A DNA stretch of 64,000 nucleotides, taken from NCBI RefSeq assembly GCF_006345805.1, contig NC_042999.1:39246001-39310000 (forward strand), given 5' to 3'. The stretch is from Octopus sinensis. Taxonomy: Eukaryota. Positions 25,427 through 37,321 of the stretch are shown in pieces. A program made the position numbers and the translations under genes. The notes beneath the pieces were generated by a model, which made no database searches, was not told the origin of the DNA, and worked only from the letters and a program-made list of their open reading frames with translations. How positions within the stretch are numbered: the stretch's first letter is position 1; each line of letters starts with the position of its first letter.

Positions 25427-25825
25427 TAAGGCGACGAGCTGGCAGAAACGTTAGCAGGCCGGGTGAAATGCTTTCCGGTATTTCGTCTGCCGCTACGTTC
25501 TGAGTTCAAATTCCGCCGAGGTCAACTTTGCCTTTCATCCTTTCGGGGTCGATTAAATAAAGTACCAGTTACACACTGGGGTCAATTTAATCGACTCAAT
25601 CCGTTTGTCTGTCCTTGTTTGTCCTCTCTGTAGCCCCTTGTGGGTAGTAAAGAAATAGGTATTTCGTCTCTCTTTACGTTCTGAGTTCAAATTCCGGCAA
25701 AGTCGATTTTGCCTTTCATCGTTTCGGGGGTGATATATAAAATACCAGTTGCGTACTGGGATCGATCTAATCGATTGTTCACTCCCCCAAAATGTCGGGC
25801 CTTGTTCCTAGAGTAGAAAAGAATA
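25427..25825 (+). mobile_element. Two tandem SINE family A copies (second lacks head)
   Basis: Full copy 25427-25660 then a second GTATTTCGTC..GAGTTCAAATTCC..CCTAGAGTAGAAAAG body. Confidence 0.88.
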
Positions 25826-26325
25826 TTAGCCAATGCTACAGAGAGAAGCATTTCATGAACCCGGCTGTAGGTATAAATGAAATTGGGATTAACCCATGTG
25901 CGAATTTCTAAATGGAGTCAATAAATAGGTTCATAATTTCAAACATGCTACCGATAAGAGTAAATATTTACTAAAGAAAAGGAAGATTGAAACGTATTGA
26001 AATAAATACGCTTATTATTGGGATTAATACATACGCGTTTCTATGTATGTTTGCTTTTGTATGTACGTAACTATATATAATTTTCTTCTTGTTTGCTCGA
26101 GGCCCGATTATCTGCGTCTTTCGAAAGGGAAACCCGTCAGTCTTATCATTGACGGTGCGGAACTGAGTGTTGCCCTATGTTTCTTATAAGTATACGTTTT
26201 TTATCAGTCGTTTTCTACAATAAAGTTTTATTAGCACACGCACACACATACACACACACACACAGACACACACACGCATATATATATATATATAAATTAT
26301 TTTATCAACATTTTCTTCATTTCCT

Positions 26326-26400
<75 letters not shown>

Positions 26401-26431
26401 CATACATATATATATATGTACCTACAAACTT

Positions 26432-26565
<134 letters not shown>

Positions 26566-26641
26566 TAAATATTAGGGAATAAATCCAAATTACAGGGAAA
26601 AATCAGATTTAGGATTGAATCCAATTTTATAGTAAAATATT

Positions 26642-26750
26642 ATATTATATTAAATTAGAGACAAAACCACTATTATGCAAATCACACAAAGAAAGTCTTT
26701 CTTTGTTTGATTTGCATAATAGTGGTTTTGTCTCTAAGTTAATATAATAT
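26642..26750. repeat. 109-bp fold-back palindrome of the same terminal family as 151-204
   Basis: Centre T26696; TTAGAGACAAAACCACTATTATGCAAATC..AAAGAAAG / CTTTCTTT..GATTTGCATAATAGTGGTTTTGTCTCTAA; two mismatches. Confidence 0.95.
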
Positions 26751-26817
26751 ATATATATATACAATATATATATATACATATATATATACATACATACATA
26801 TATATACATATATATAT

Positions 26818-26929
<112 letters not shown>

Positions 26930-26938
26930 CATGCATAC

Positions 26939-27021
<83 letters not shown>

Positions 27022-27742
27022 TATGTATATATGTAGAAATAAATACATATGTGTGGACATGTGTTTTAATATTCTTTTAAATGTTTCAGTCATTAGACAC
27101 GGACCATGCTGAGGCACATCTTTGATGAAATTTTAGTCGAAAAATAGATTCAGTGCTTATTTTCTTAAGCCTTATACTTACTATATCTGTCTCCTTTGCC
27201 GAACTTCTTACTAACGGGCAGGAAAATACACAAACAGCTGTTGTCAAACGAAGGGTAGGGACTACTGCACGCACGCACGCACGCAGAGAGACAGACACAG
27301 ACACACCCACCCACGCACACACGTGTGTGTATGTATCTGTGTGTGTTTGTGTGAGTGTATATGTCGGGCTTCTTTCAGTTTCCCACTACCAGATCCAAAT
27401 GGTTGGTCGGCCCTAGGCTGTAATGGAAGCCATTTTCCTCGGGCGCCAAGCATTGGAACAGATCACAGAACAATAGTGTTGAGAAGCAAATGTCTTATAA
27501 CCGAACAATTCTTGCTCTGTATACAAAGGTATCACAAAAACATAATCAGTATTAAGTACTTTATAAAATGTATACATGTAAAATGACATAGGCAGGCATT
27601 TATAAGCTCAACAAACTGTTTTAACATGTGTGTATGCATGTATTTATGATCATATATGTATTATGTGTATATATATATTTATTTCTACACACGCACGCAC
27701 ACAAACACACACATACACACACACACATATATATATATAATC

Positions 27743-27975
27743 AAAGGCGGCGAGCTGGTAGAAACGTTAGCACGCCGGGCGAAATTCGTAGCCGTATTTC
27801 GTCTGTCGTTGCGTTCCGAGTTCAAATTCCGCCGAGGTCGACTTTGCCTTTCATTCTTTCGGGGTCGATAAATTAAGTACCAGTTACGCACTGGGGTCGA
27901 TGTAATCGATTTAATCCCTTTGTCTGTCCTTGTTTGTCCCCTCTGTGTTTAGCCCCTTGTGGGTAGTAAAGAAAT
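27743..27975 (+). mobile_element. SINE family A, full length, young
   Basis: AAAGGCGGCGAGCTGGTAGAAACGTTAGCACG...GTGGGTAGTAAAGAAAT. Confidence 0.92.
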
Positions 27976-28067
27976 ATATATATATAATCAAAATATGCAA
28001 CAAGGATATCCAGAGGTAATGCAGTACCAGCGTTTCATTCGACTCCATTTAATTGAACAATGCAAAC

Positions 28068-28140
<73 letters not shown>

Positions 28141-28378
28141 TGTGTGTGTGTGTTATAAGCTTAACATAAATTACACTCACATTTGCAAATATACATATAT
28201 ACCAATCGTTAATACAGGCAAGAGTTCATTTATCTATTTTCTATATACAGAGTGACCGCACAGAAAGCCTGCTCTAATTCTGCCCCTATAACATTTGTCT
28301 CACACACATTTTACCGCAGTTTTGGGGATACATGTCCACAAACCCATACATATATATATATTATATATATATATATAG

Positions 28379-28567
28379 ACAAAACAATACGAGATAATCC
28401 ACTATGTAGACGCTCTAACGCTAGATATAGATCCGCAAAGAGAATCCACAACCAAGGAATTGTTCTCAATTAATTCTTGAGGACAATTCCTTGGTGGTGG
28501 ATTCTCTTTGCGGATCTATATCTAGTGTTAGAGCGTCTACATAGTGGGTTCTCTCTTATTGTTTTGT
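28379..28567. repeat. 189-bp imperfect fold-back palindrome next to (TA)n
   Basis: Arms ACAAAACAAT..GGAATTGTTCTCAA and TTGAGGACAATTCC..ATTGTTTTGT, loop TTAATTC (28470-28476). Confidence 0.95.
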
Positions 28568-28681
28568 ATTGATAATATTTACTGATTCTCAGTCTTTTAT
28601 ACGCTAGGCCACTTGGTGTTTAAATTGATGTTATTAATTAATATTCAATTTGTTCACCCTTATTTTGACTATATATATATA

Positions 28682-28764
<83 letters not shown>

Positions 28765-28833
28765 CATACATACATGCATACACATATGTTAAAACAGCTT
28801 GGTTTTCACGTTTCTTTATTATAGTATTTTACA

Positions 28834-28871
28834 AAATTAGCGCTTTCATACATAATGTATTCATTAGATTT
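28834..28871 (-). ncRNA. Minimal hammerhead motif, variant core (CUAAUGA, G5A), downstream of a PLE GIY-YIG relic
   Basis: Minus strand AAAT-CTAATGA-ATACATTATGTAT-GAAA-GCGC-TA-ATTT. Confidence 0.55.
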
Positions 28872-29039
28872 CAAATGCGTTTAGTGCCTCTTAGAATGCT
28901 CCAACCAGCTGAATTTTTAGAATACCTCTTTTAGCAATCCTCATGTTCTTAAGTATCACGGTTTTCCAGGCGTACCGATATTCTGTAACTTCAGTTAATC
29001 CTCATAATTAACTGGTTGTCATATTGTTGCTGTTACTTT

Positions 29040-29400
29040 CGTTCAGAAATGTTTTGAACATTTTGATGAGCCGTTTTTTTTATTATCATTCATCAAACAT
29101 CACTTCTGTCATCATAGTTTGTGGAAAGGAAACCTTAGAAACGTTTTCTGACCAGATATTTCAATATGTTTGTTGAGTGAAATTTGGCGAACATTGACGT
29201 TCCCTATTTGTTGTATTTGGTCCCGTGAGCTTTCCGATTATGTATTCCTCCCTCTCTCGCCTATATGGAATTCCCCGCAATTCGGGCATTTAAGGCAGTA
29301 GAAAAAATTTCTGCTTTTGCAGTTCATATCTACATCTGCGAAAATCTGTCCAGTTTTTTTTTCCACATCTATTATCATTACACTTGGATACTCTGAATGT
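29040..29400 (-). mobile_element. Penelope-like element GIY-YIG endonuclease relic
   Basis: DMNCKSRNFFYCLKCPNCGEFHIGE matches PLE CxSxNxIYxIxCxxCxxxYIGET; followed by a 3' region with a hammerhead motif. Confidence 0.8.
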
Positions 29401-29435
29401 GTTATGCCGTTTAAAATACACACACACACACACAC

Positions 29436-29617
29436 TACTCTTTACTATTTTACTCTTTTACTTGTTTCAACTATTTGACTCTGGCCATGCTGGAGCAGCG
29501 TCTTGAGTCGAGCAAATCGACCCTAGTACTTATTCTATGGATCTCTTTTGTCGAACCGCTACGATACGGGGACGTAAACACACCAGAATCGGTTGTCAAC
29601 CGATGTTGCGGGGACAA
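29436..29617 (-). mobile_element. SINE family B, 3' half
   Basis: TACTCTTTTACTTGTTTCA..GGCCATGCTGGAGCA..GAGCAAATCGACCC..GGTTGTCAA is the reverse complement of the family B 3' half. Confidence 0.85.
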
Positions 29618-30046
29618 TTCATGTTATATGAATTCTCACAGAAAAACCTACACAGGAAACTGAACACATGTGCCAACTGGAAAAGCAACGGAATGTATGC
29701 ACACATTCTGAAACAGAAAACGAATTATATCAGTAGATAACGAGAATGGCGGTCTAGAAATCTCAAGCATAATGAAGTCATATGAAAAATACTGCTAAAT
29801 GAAACATAAGAAGTTGTATCATTACTATTTGAAATATATTCACGAGTTAGATTTTGCAACAAACTGCGTATTCATTGCAGAGCATCTCATAATTAGTATT
29901 CATAATGTATATGTGTTTGTGTGTATTTGTTCGTGTGTGCGTGCGCGCGTATGTGTGTATAAATATATGTTATGTTTATATACATGCATGTACATATACA
30001 TCTATACACATACATATATGTATGTATATATATATGTATATATGTA

Positions 30047-30094
<48 letters not shown>

Positions 30095-30540
30095 TATATA
30101 TGTATATATGTATAAATATTTATATATGTATATATGTAAAGATATATATGTGTATTTTTATGTATATATATATATGTACATATATATATATATACATATA
30201 CATATATACATATATATGTGCAGAGAAAGAGAGAGAATGAGAACTGTTGCAATTATTTCTATAAATATATATTTCTACAGGAAGACAGAATAATTTCTAA
30301 ACACCATTCAGCCGTCTCTCTCCTGCTAATAGCGAGAAACTATAAGCTATTTGCTACATACACATTCGTAAATAGATTTGCGATGAATTATGTAAACTTG
30401 TTTTATTAATTATTCCTTAGCCATCATAGTATAGTTTATATTGGAACATGAAACACGCGTGTTGTAGTTGATATTACAAATACAAATATAATTGGACATA
30501 TCTCAATTCAGAGTAAGATTTTAAAAAAAGTGAATACATC

Positions 30541-31110
30541 ACAATGTCTAAAATATAAAAGTTTTAAACTATATAGCAACATAAGTGAACCAATTAGGAT
30601 TACAACTCATAAAATATTTCAAGAACACATATAAATAAATTTGAGGAAAATATCAGCCTAAAGCTTTGCTTTTGCCACATTATAACAGATTTTGACTTTC
30701 AAAGAAGTGAGTAAAATCAAAGAATCAAAGATGGCTGCCGAAGACACACCGTTAGATTAACTGAGGAGTGATGTTTAAAAGCCTTACTATTATAAATTCA
30801 GAAACAGTTCTCTAGCGAGAACTTTGTATAACTCAGAATGTTTAAAATCTATAAGTTTTAAACCATATAGCAACATAAGTGAAGCAATTAGGATTAAGAA
30901 ACTCATAAAATATTTCAAGAACACATATAAATAAATTTGAGCAAAATATCAGCCTAAAGCTTTGCTTTTGCCACATTAGAAAAGATTTTGACTTACAATG
31001 AGGTGAGTAGAATCAAAGGATCGAAGATGGCTGCCGAAGACACACCGTTAGATTAACTGAGGAGTGATGTTTAAAAGCGTTACTATTATAAATTCAAAAA
31101 CAGTTCTCTG
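30541..31110 (+). repeat. ~295-bp tandem dimer, each unit with a CTGAGGA...(G/A)AAACAGTTCTC motif
   Basis: AAGTTTTAAAC at 30559 and 30853; CAGTTCTCT at 30805 and 31101; scattered substitutions between units. Confidence 0.92.
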
Positions 31111-31882
31111 GTGATTTCCTTTCTACGAGAATACGTAAAACCTTAATTACTCTTTCAAAGCAAATATTTTAATGACTATTTTGGAAATAATGTAACATTA
31201 GCAGACATTTTGTCTGATTCTACATTGAATATGGTCAATGTGTCCGGTAATAAATCCTCTAAATTGTCTTTCTTTTCCCATAAAGATATGAAAACATATT
31301 ATAAGGATAAAAAAGCATTGGATAAATATCATTAAGAGTGTTTGATCTGTCTATTAATTTTATTTTCCTAGATAAGCCAGCAGTTTCGTTTTCACCCTCC
31401 AAGAGATATGACGACCAAAAAAACCAATACATTTATAAAGTATATATCTGCAAACTAGCTCATACATTCGGTCACATCTTAATACATGGTTATATATAGG
31501 CTACGTATGAGTATATACATGTAATTATACTTGCACACACATAACACACACACACAGAATACACACATACACACATATATTCTTACATAGAACTGTGTAT
31601 TTATGAGCGTATAAATGTAAGTATATGTGAATATGTGTATAATTATATAGATACAGACATATAAATACATATATACACTCACACATATACAGTTATATAT
31701 AGGGGGTTATATAGACGTCGATATTGTTTTCTTTATTTTCAACTAATAGTGGGCTTTATTGTGTTACAGGATGTAAAGGATAATTGATCTCTGCAAAATT
31801 TAAAGTCAAAACGAAATGCTCCGTAATATATCATGCAGAACATTTTGCACACTAAAAGTTCTACCATTTCGCACTATATATA

Positions 31883-31946
<64 letters not shown>

Positions 31947-32499
31947 GAGTGGGTGTATGAAAGTGTTAGCATGATATTTTTGCTCATTTATACGTATGCT
32001 TTTGCGTGTTCATACGAGATATGTTGAATGTCAATCTTTTGCATTTTACACTAAATATTCGTTTTAATTATATCATAAGCACATAAATGTTGTTAATTTA
32101 ATTTCTAAACTCAACCCAGACACGGATGATTAATTTTGAAGTTGATTTCTAATATCATTAGCGGAGAACTCAGTCATGCTTAAAGTGTTCATCAGATTTA
32201 TAGTTTTAAGATCATAAGTAATAACTACGGTGTACACGGATAATAGCGGCAGATTATCGCCAGTCACTGATAAAAGTTAGTGAACATGAGTTGCATCCAG
32301 AAGTGAAGACTGATCTCATGCCTGATCAATTCATATTGGCGATTAAAGCATGCAAACGTTGTAAGGGTACTGGCGAGAATGATATTGAGCCTGTGGATTT
32401 TAACGACATTAAACAGAGAGGGTATTCTCATGGTGAGTCGTGCCTGTTAGGCGGCTTCGACTTCTGATAAGACATCAAAAATGACAACACGGAATGAGA

Positions 32500-34120
32500 A
32501 ATTCCGTTTTATGTAGAGCATAATGATGAAGCAGATTGGCTGCATGAAATCCAAGATAGGTTAAGAAATATAGAATCCATGAAGACATAAATGTAACTAC
32601 AGGATGATAAAAGAGCAGTTAAAAACATTCCTAACTTGGAACATGGGGTCCGATGTTATTGAATGAAGGAGGTGGGAATGCTCCATGAACGGATACACAA
32701 CAACTAGATGAGTGCTAGCATAAAAGTGCAGTACTCAACTGGAGGACAAAGAGTAAGTCATTGTTGTGTGCCAAGGATCATGAAAACTGAAAAGTTGCAT
32801 ACAACTTGAGACCAATAACGTACCTTCCGCTAATGTAGAAACTAGTGTCAAGTACATTCGCCGGTAAACTATTATAGATACCAGGAAAACAGTGAGCTAC
32901 TACCTATTGAACAGAAAAGAACAAAGGATCAGCTCTTAATTGATAATCTAATTATCAGAAAATGACGTGTGTTCCCCATTGATCTCCGTGTTAGATCTGA
33001 TCCCCTTGAGTGAAATACGACAGAAAACATTGTTGGGGTATGGTCTGGGCAGAGGTAAAGGAAAACTGATCAACATGCTATTGAAGGACGATCTGAATCT
33101 ATTCAGAGAAAACTGAGGCGGAGTTGGACAGCGTAGTCCAGTCTGTGCGGATTGTCTTCAATGATATTAAGATGGAGTTTGGACTCTCAAAATATGCTAC
33201 GATGTAGATGAGGCGAGAAAAGCTTTTCAGTACAGAAGGCATAATGTTGCCAAGTGGTGAAATGATGAAGGCAATTCAACCTCAATCTAGTTATAAATAC
33301 TTGGGAACGCTTCAGGCAGATGGAATTAAACACAATGACATGAAGGAAAACACAAAAAGAGAGTACCTGCAGCGAATGAGAAAAATGTTGGCTTCAAAGC
33401 TAAATGTCATGAACATAATTTCGGCTATAAACTTTGGAGCAATCGCAAAAGTTCGGTATGGCATTGGAATCTTGATGTAAACAGAGGATGAATTAAAGGA
33501 GATGAAGAGAAAGCCAAGAAAGCTTCTAACGATGCATGGTACCCATCATCCCCGTATGGACACTGATAGCCTATACATGAAAGGAGTAATTGAAAGAAAG
33601 GGAGTCATAAGTGTAGAAGGCTGCATGCGTATCGAACTCGAGTGCTTAATAAGATACCTAGCTCAAAGTGAAGAAACCTTGCTAGTGACAATTAGGAACA
33701 AGGGAATATTGAAAGCACTGAAAAAAAGGTAAAACGAATGAAGAAGTGTAAAGGGACATGAAGAAGAATTACGCAAGGTGAGACTACACAGTCGATTTCA
33801 TACAGCCACGACTGCTGGAAAGCATACGAGGGATCGACTAATAAAAGGAACATTAAAAAAAGAGGCCAGGAGCACTATACTGGCAGCGCAAGACCAAGCT
33901 TTCATCACGAACTGGAGTGTGAACCTTCGGATTAAGCAACTGTCTCGGCTGTGGTGCATCTGCAATAGAGTGCATGAAACCATTGGTCACATTACAATCG
34001 AACGCTCTAGACTTGTCCAAAACCAGTAGAAACTGTGGCAAAACGATCAGGTAGCGAAAGTGCTACAGTGGAAACTAGCACAATCTTCTTGGAATTTCCC
34101 AATCCAAACCGATCGGGCCT
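32500..34120 (+). mobile_element. R4/Dong LINE reverse transcriptase to CCHC region, decayed, 3'-truncated at (TA)n
   Basis: NLRPITYLPLM, TKDQLLID, INMLLKDDL (YxDD position), MEFGLSK, SYKYLG, KLLTMHGTHHP..DSLY, LAAQDQA, CNRVHETIGHI. Confidence 0.9.
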
Positions 34121-34124
34121 AGTG

Positions 34125-34239
<115 letters not shown>

Positions 34240-34260
34240 TGTGTGTGTGTGTGTGTGTGT

Positions 34261-34568
34261 GGAGGCGCAATGGTCCAGTGGTTAGGGCAGCGGACTCGCG
34301 GTCATAGGATCGCGGTTTCGATTCCCAGACTGGGAGTTGCGAGTGTTTTTGGAGCGAAAACACCTAAAGCTCCACGATCTCCGCCAGGGGTGGTGGCGAT
34401 CCCTGCTGTACACTTTCGCCACAACTTTCTCTCACTCTTTCTTCTGTTTGCCTGCTCGCTTAGCCAGCGGGTGGTGTCATTTGAAGGCTAAAACAATGCG
34501 AAGCGCATTGTGGCCAGCGATGTGTAGCAAGATCTGATATTCTTGTCGGTCACGGTGATCACGGTGAT
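34261..34568 (+). mobile_element. tRNA-derived SINE family C
   Basis: tRNA-like head with A-box TGGTCCAGTGG and B-box GGTTTCGATTCC, non-tRNA body, tail CACGGTGAT repeated. Confidence 0.88.
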
Positions 34569-34635
34569 ATATATATATATACACATGTATGTACGTATGT
34601 ATATATTATTGCTATTAATATTATTATCATTATTA

Positions 34636-34740
<105 letters not shown>

Positions 34741-34842
34741 GTGTTATTATTATTATTATTACTATTTATTATTATTTTTATTATTATTATCATTATTATT
34801 ATTATTATTATTATTTATTATTATTATTTTTATTTATTATTA

Positions 34843-34890
<48 letters not shown>

Positions 34891-34903
34891 TATTATTATT
34901 ATT

Positions 34904-36065
34904 CCTGTTGTTGTTGCTTTTGCACAGCTTCTAGCGATGGGGATGTACTACAATGCCAGCTGTTCACAACCAGTGAACTAAGTTAGTACCTCTTATTTTT
35001 GGTGTACCTTCCGGAATATTCGAGCGATTCCAAGCAGTGCTGTTTTCTGCAAGTACTCCACTCTTAGTGCAGCCCCAATTTGCTCCACGTCCTTATCGAA
35101 ATTTTTACTGACTGTTCCCAGGGATCCGATAATTATTGGTATTACTGCTACCTTTTTCATCGACTACAATTGCTTAACTTCCCAAGCTAAATTTTCATAT
35201 CTCTTGATTTTACTTTCTTCATTATCGCATACCTTGTTATCAGCTCGGCATGCTATGTCTATGTCCACCACAGTTTGTTTTATTTCTAAATTAAGACTAT
35301 GTCCGGCTTCCTATTCTCAATCTTATGGTCGCACTGAATCAGAAAATGCCATAGGATCTTTGCATTTCTATTTTCGACAATGGCTTCAGTTTTATGGTGG
35401 TAGCACTTTTTTGCTCTGTCAAGTACATACTTGCTGCCAACTGTCCAATGGACAAACCTAGCTATATTCTCGTGGCCTCTCTTATATTCCTTCTGGGCTA
35501 GTGGCGTACATTGGCTGGTAATATACCATACGGTTTCACCGTTTTGTCCACAGATTCTGCACTCATCACTTTCTGCTGTGCTGTATATTCTATATTTTAT
35601 GTAGGCTGTTCTTAGTGATTGGTCTTCGGCAGCACAAATGAGAGCTTCCGTTTCCGGTTTTAAATACCTTTAGTCATACATAGCCATCTTTTTTCTCTGC
35701 CTGTCTTATCTTCAATATCCCTATGAAATTGGCCATGCATTCTTCTCTTTACCCACATATATACAGTTTCATTCATTTTCAATTTCTTGTATAGTGCTTT
35801 TTCTTTGCAATCTTTCATCCTACACAAGCCTGGCCTTCCTCTTTCTAATATTAGCGGTTGTGTGGCATAATTTACATACAATGCTATGTTGTTTTTTCTT
35901 ATCGAATGATGTGTTCGCATACAATGACTCCTCTTCCCCCTCTTTTCCTTGGTACATATAATCTCTCTGTCACTTTATGGGTGGAGTGACTCATATCTAG
36001 TTAGCGACTTCCTTGTCTTTCCGTCTAAGCTGTTTAATTAATGTACACTCTATGCGATTACCCCT
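34904..36065 (-). mobile_element. R4/Dong LINE 3' ~1.15 kb with (AAT)n tail at ~34600-34903
   Basis: Minus-strand RMHGQFHRDIED, LKPETEALICAAEDQ, CRICGQNGET, NRKPDIV, DIACRAD, LQKTALLG motifs, then 3' UTR and tail. Confidence 0.9.
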
Positions 36066-36069
36066 CTTC

Positions 36070-37248
36070 GATGTCTAAGGAGTGAAACCGCCTAGGCGTT
36101 GATAGCTTCGATCTGATTTCGTCCGTTTAATTTCGACTTAAGGATCAGTCTTGGAGCAGATGTTATCGCATGGACAGTATTCGAACTAAATAGGTTAGAT
36201 AGAAAGACAAGAAATTGCTGACTAGATATGGGATACTCCACCTAAAAATTCCAAAGACAGACTGTATGTACCAAGAAAACGATGTGGAACAGGACTGATT
36301 GGAAGCGAACATAGCATTAGAGCATAAGAAAACAACATAGTACAGTATGTACATTATGCCGCAGAACCGCTATTATTAGAAGTAAGATGGCCAGGCTTGT
36401 GTAGAAGGAAACACTGCAAAGCTTATGCACTCTACAATCAATTGAAACTGAATGAAACTGAAAATAGATGGGTAAAGAAAAGAATGCATGGATAATTTCA
36501 TAAGGATGTTGAAGATGAGACGGACAGAGAAAACAGATGACTGTATGACTGAAACTGATTTAAAACCAGAAACGGAGTCTCTTATCTGTGCTGCCCAAGA
36601 CCAAGCACTAAGAAGAAAGTACATAAAATACAGAGTAGACAACACATCACAAAGTGGTAAGTGCAGAATCTGTGGACAAAATGGTGCAAATATATGGCAA
36701 ATTACTAGCCAATGTACGCCACTAGCCCAGAAGGAATATAAGGAACGCCACGACAAATATAACAAGGTTTTTCCATTGGACACTTTGTACGAAGTATGGT
36801 CTACACATAGAGAAAAAAAATCCGTACGACCACAATTCCGAAGGAATCATCGAAAATGATAATGCAAAAATGCTTTGAAATTTTATGATTCTTTGCGACC
36901 ATGAGATAGAAAAGAAGGAGCCAGACATAATCCTAATTGAGAAAGAAATTAAACTATGCAGGATCATAGATATAGCATGCCCAGCTGACAGCAAATTATG
37001 CGATAAGGAAGAAAGAAAATTCGATAGGTATGCCACGTTATATCGGGAGGTAAAGCAGTTGTGTTCGATGAAAAATGTGCTAGTGGTACCAATAAGAGTG
37101 GCTGCGATAAGAGTGGCGCACTTACAGAAAACAGCACTGCTTGTAACCGCTCGAATACTCCGGAAGTGCTTGAGAAATAAGGGATGGTGCCTGATAGTGA
37201 ACGGCTGATACCGTAGTACATCTCCAGCGTTAAAAGCCGTGCAAACGC

Positions 37249-37250
<2 letters not shown>
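36070..37250 (+). mobile_element. R4/Dong LINE 3' ~1.2 kb with (TAA)n tail to ~37372
   Basis: LKPETESLICAAQDQALR, CRICGQ, EPDIILIEK, IIDIACPAD, LQKTALL; 3' UTR homologous to the minus-strand copy. Confidence 0.92.

Positions 37251-37321
<71 letters not shown>

Noticed and set aside
34261-34335. tRNA genes at SINE heads (also 18851, 57421, 60065)
   Set aside because: A and B boxes are present but there is no closing acceptor stem and each runs into a SINE body.
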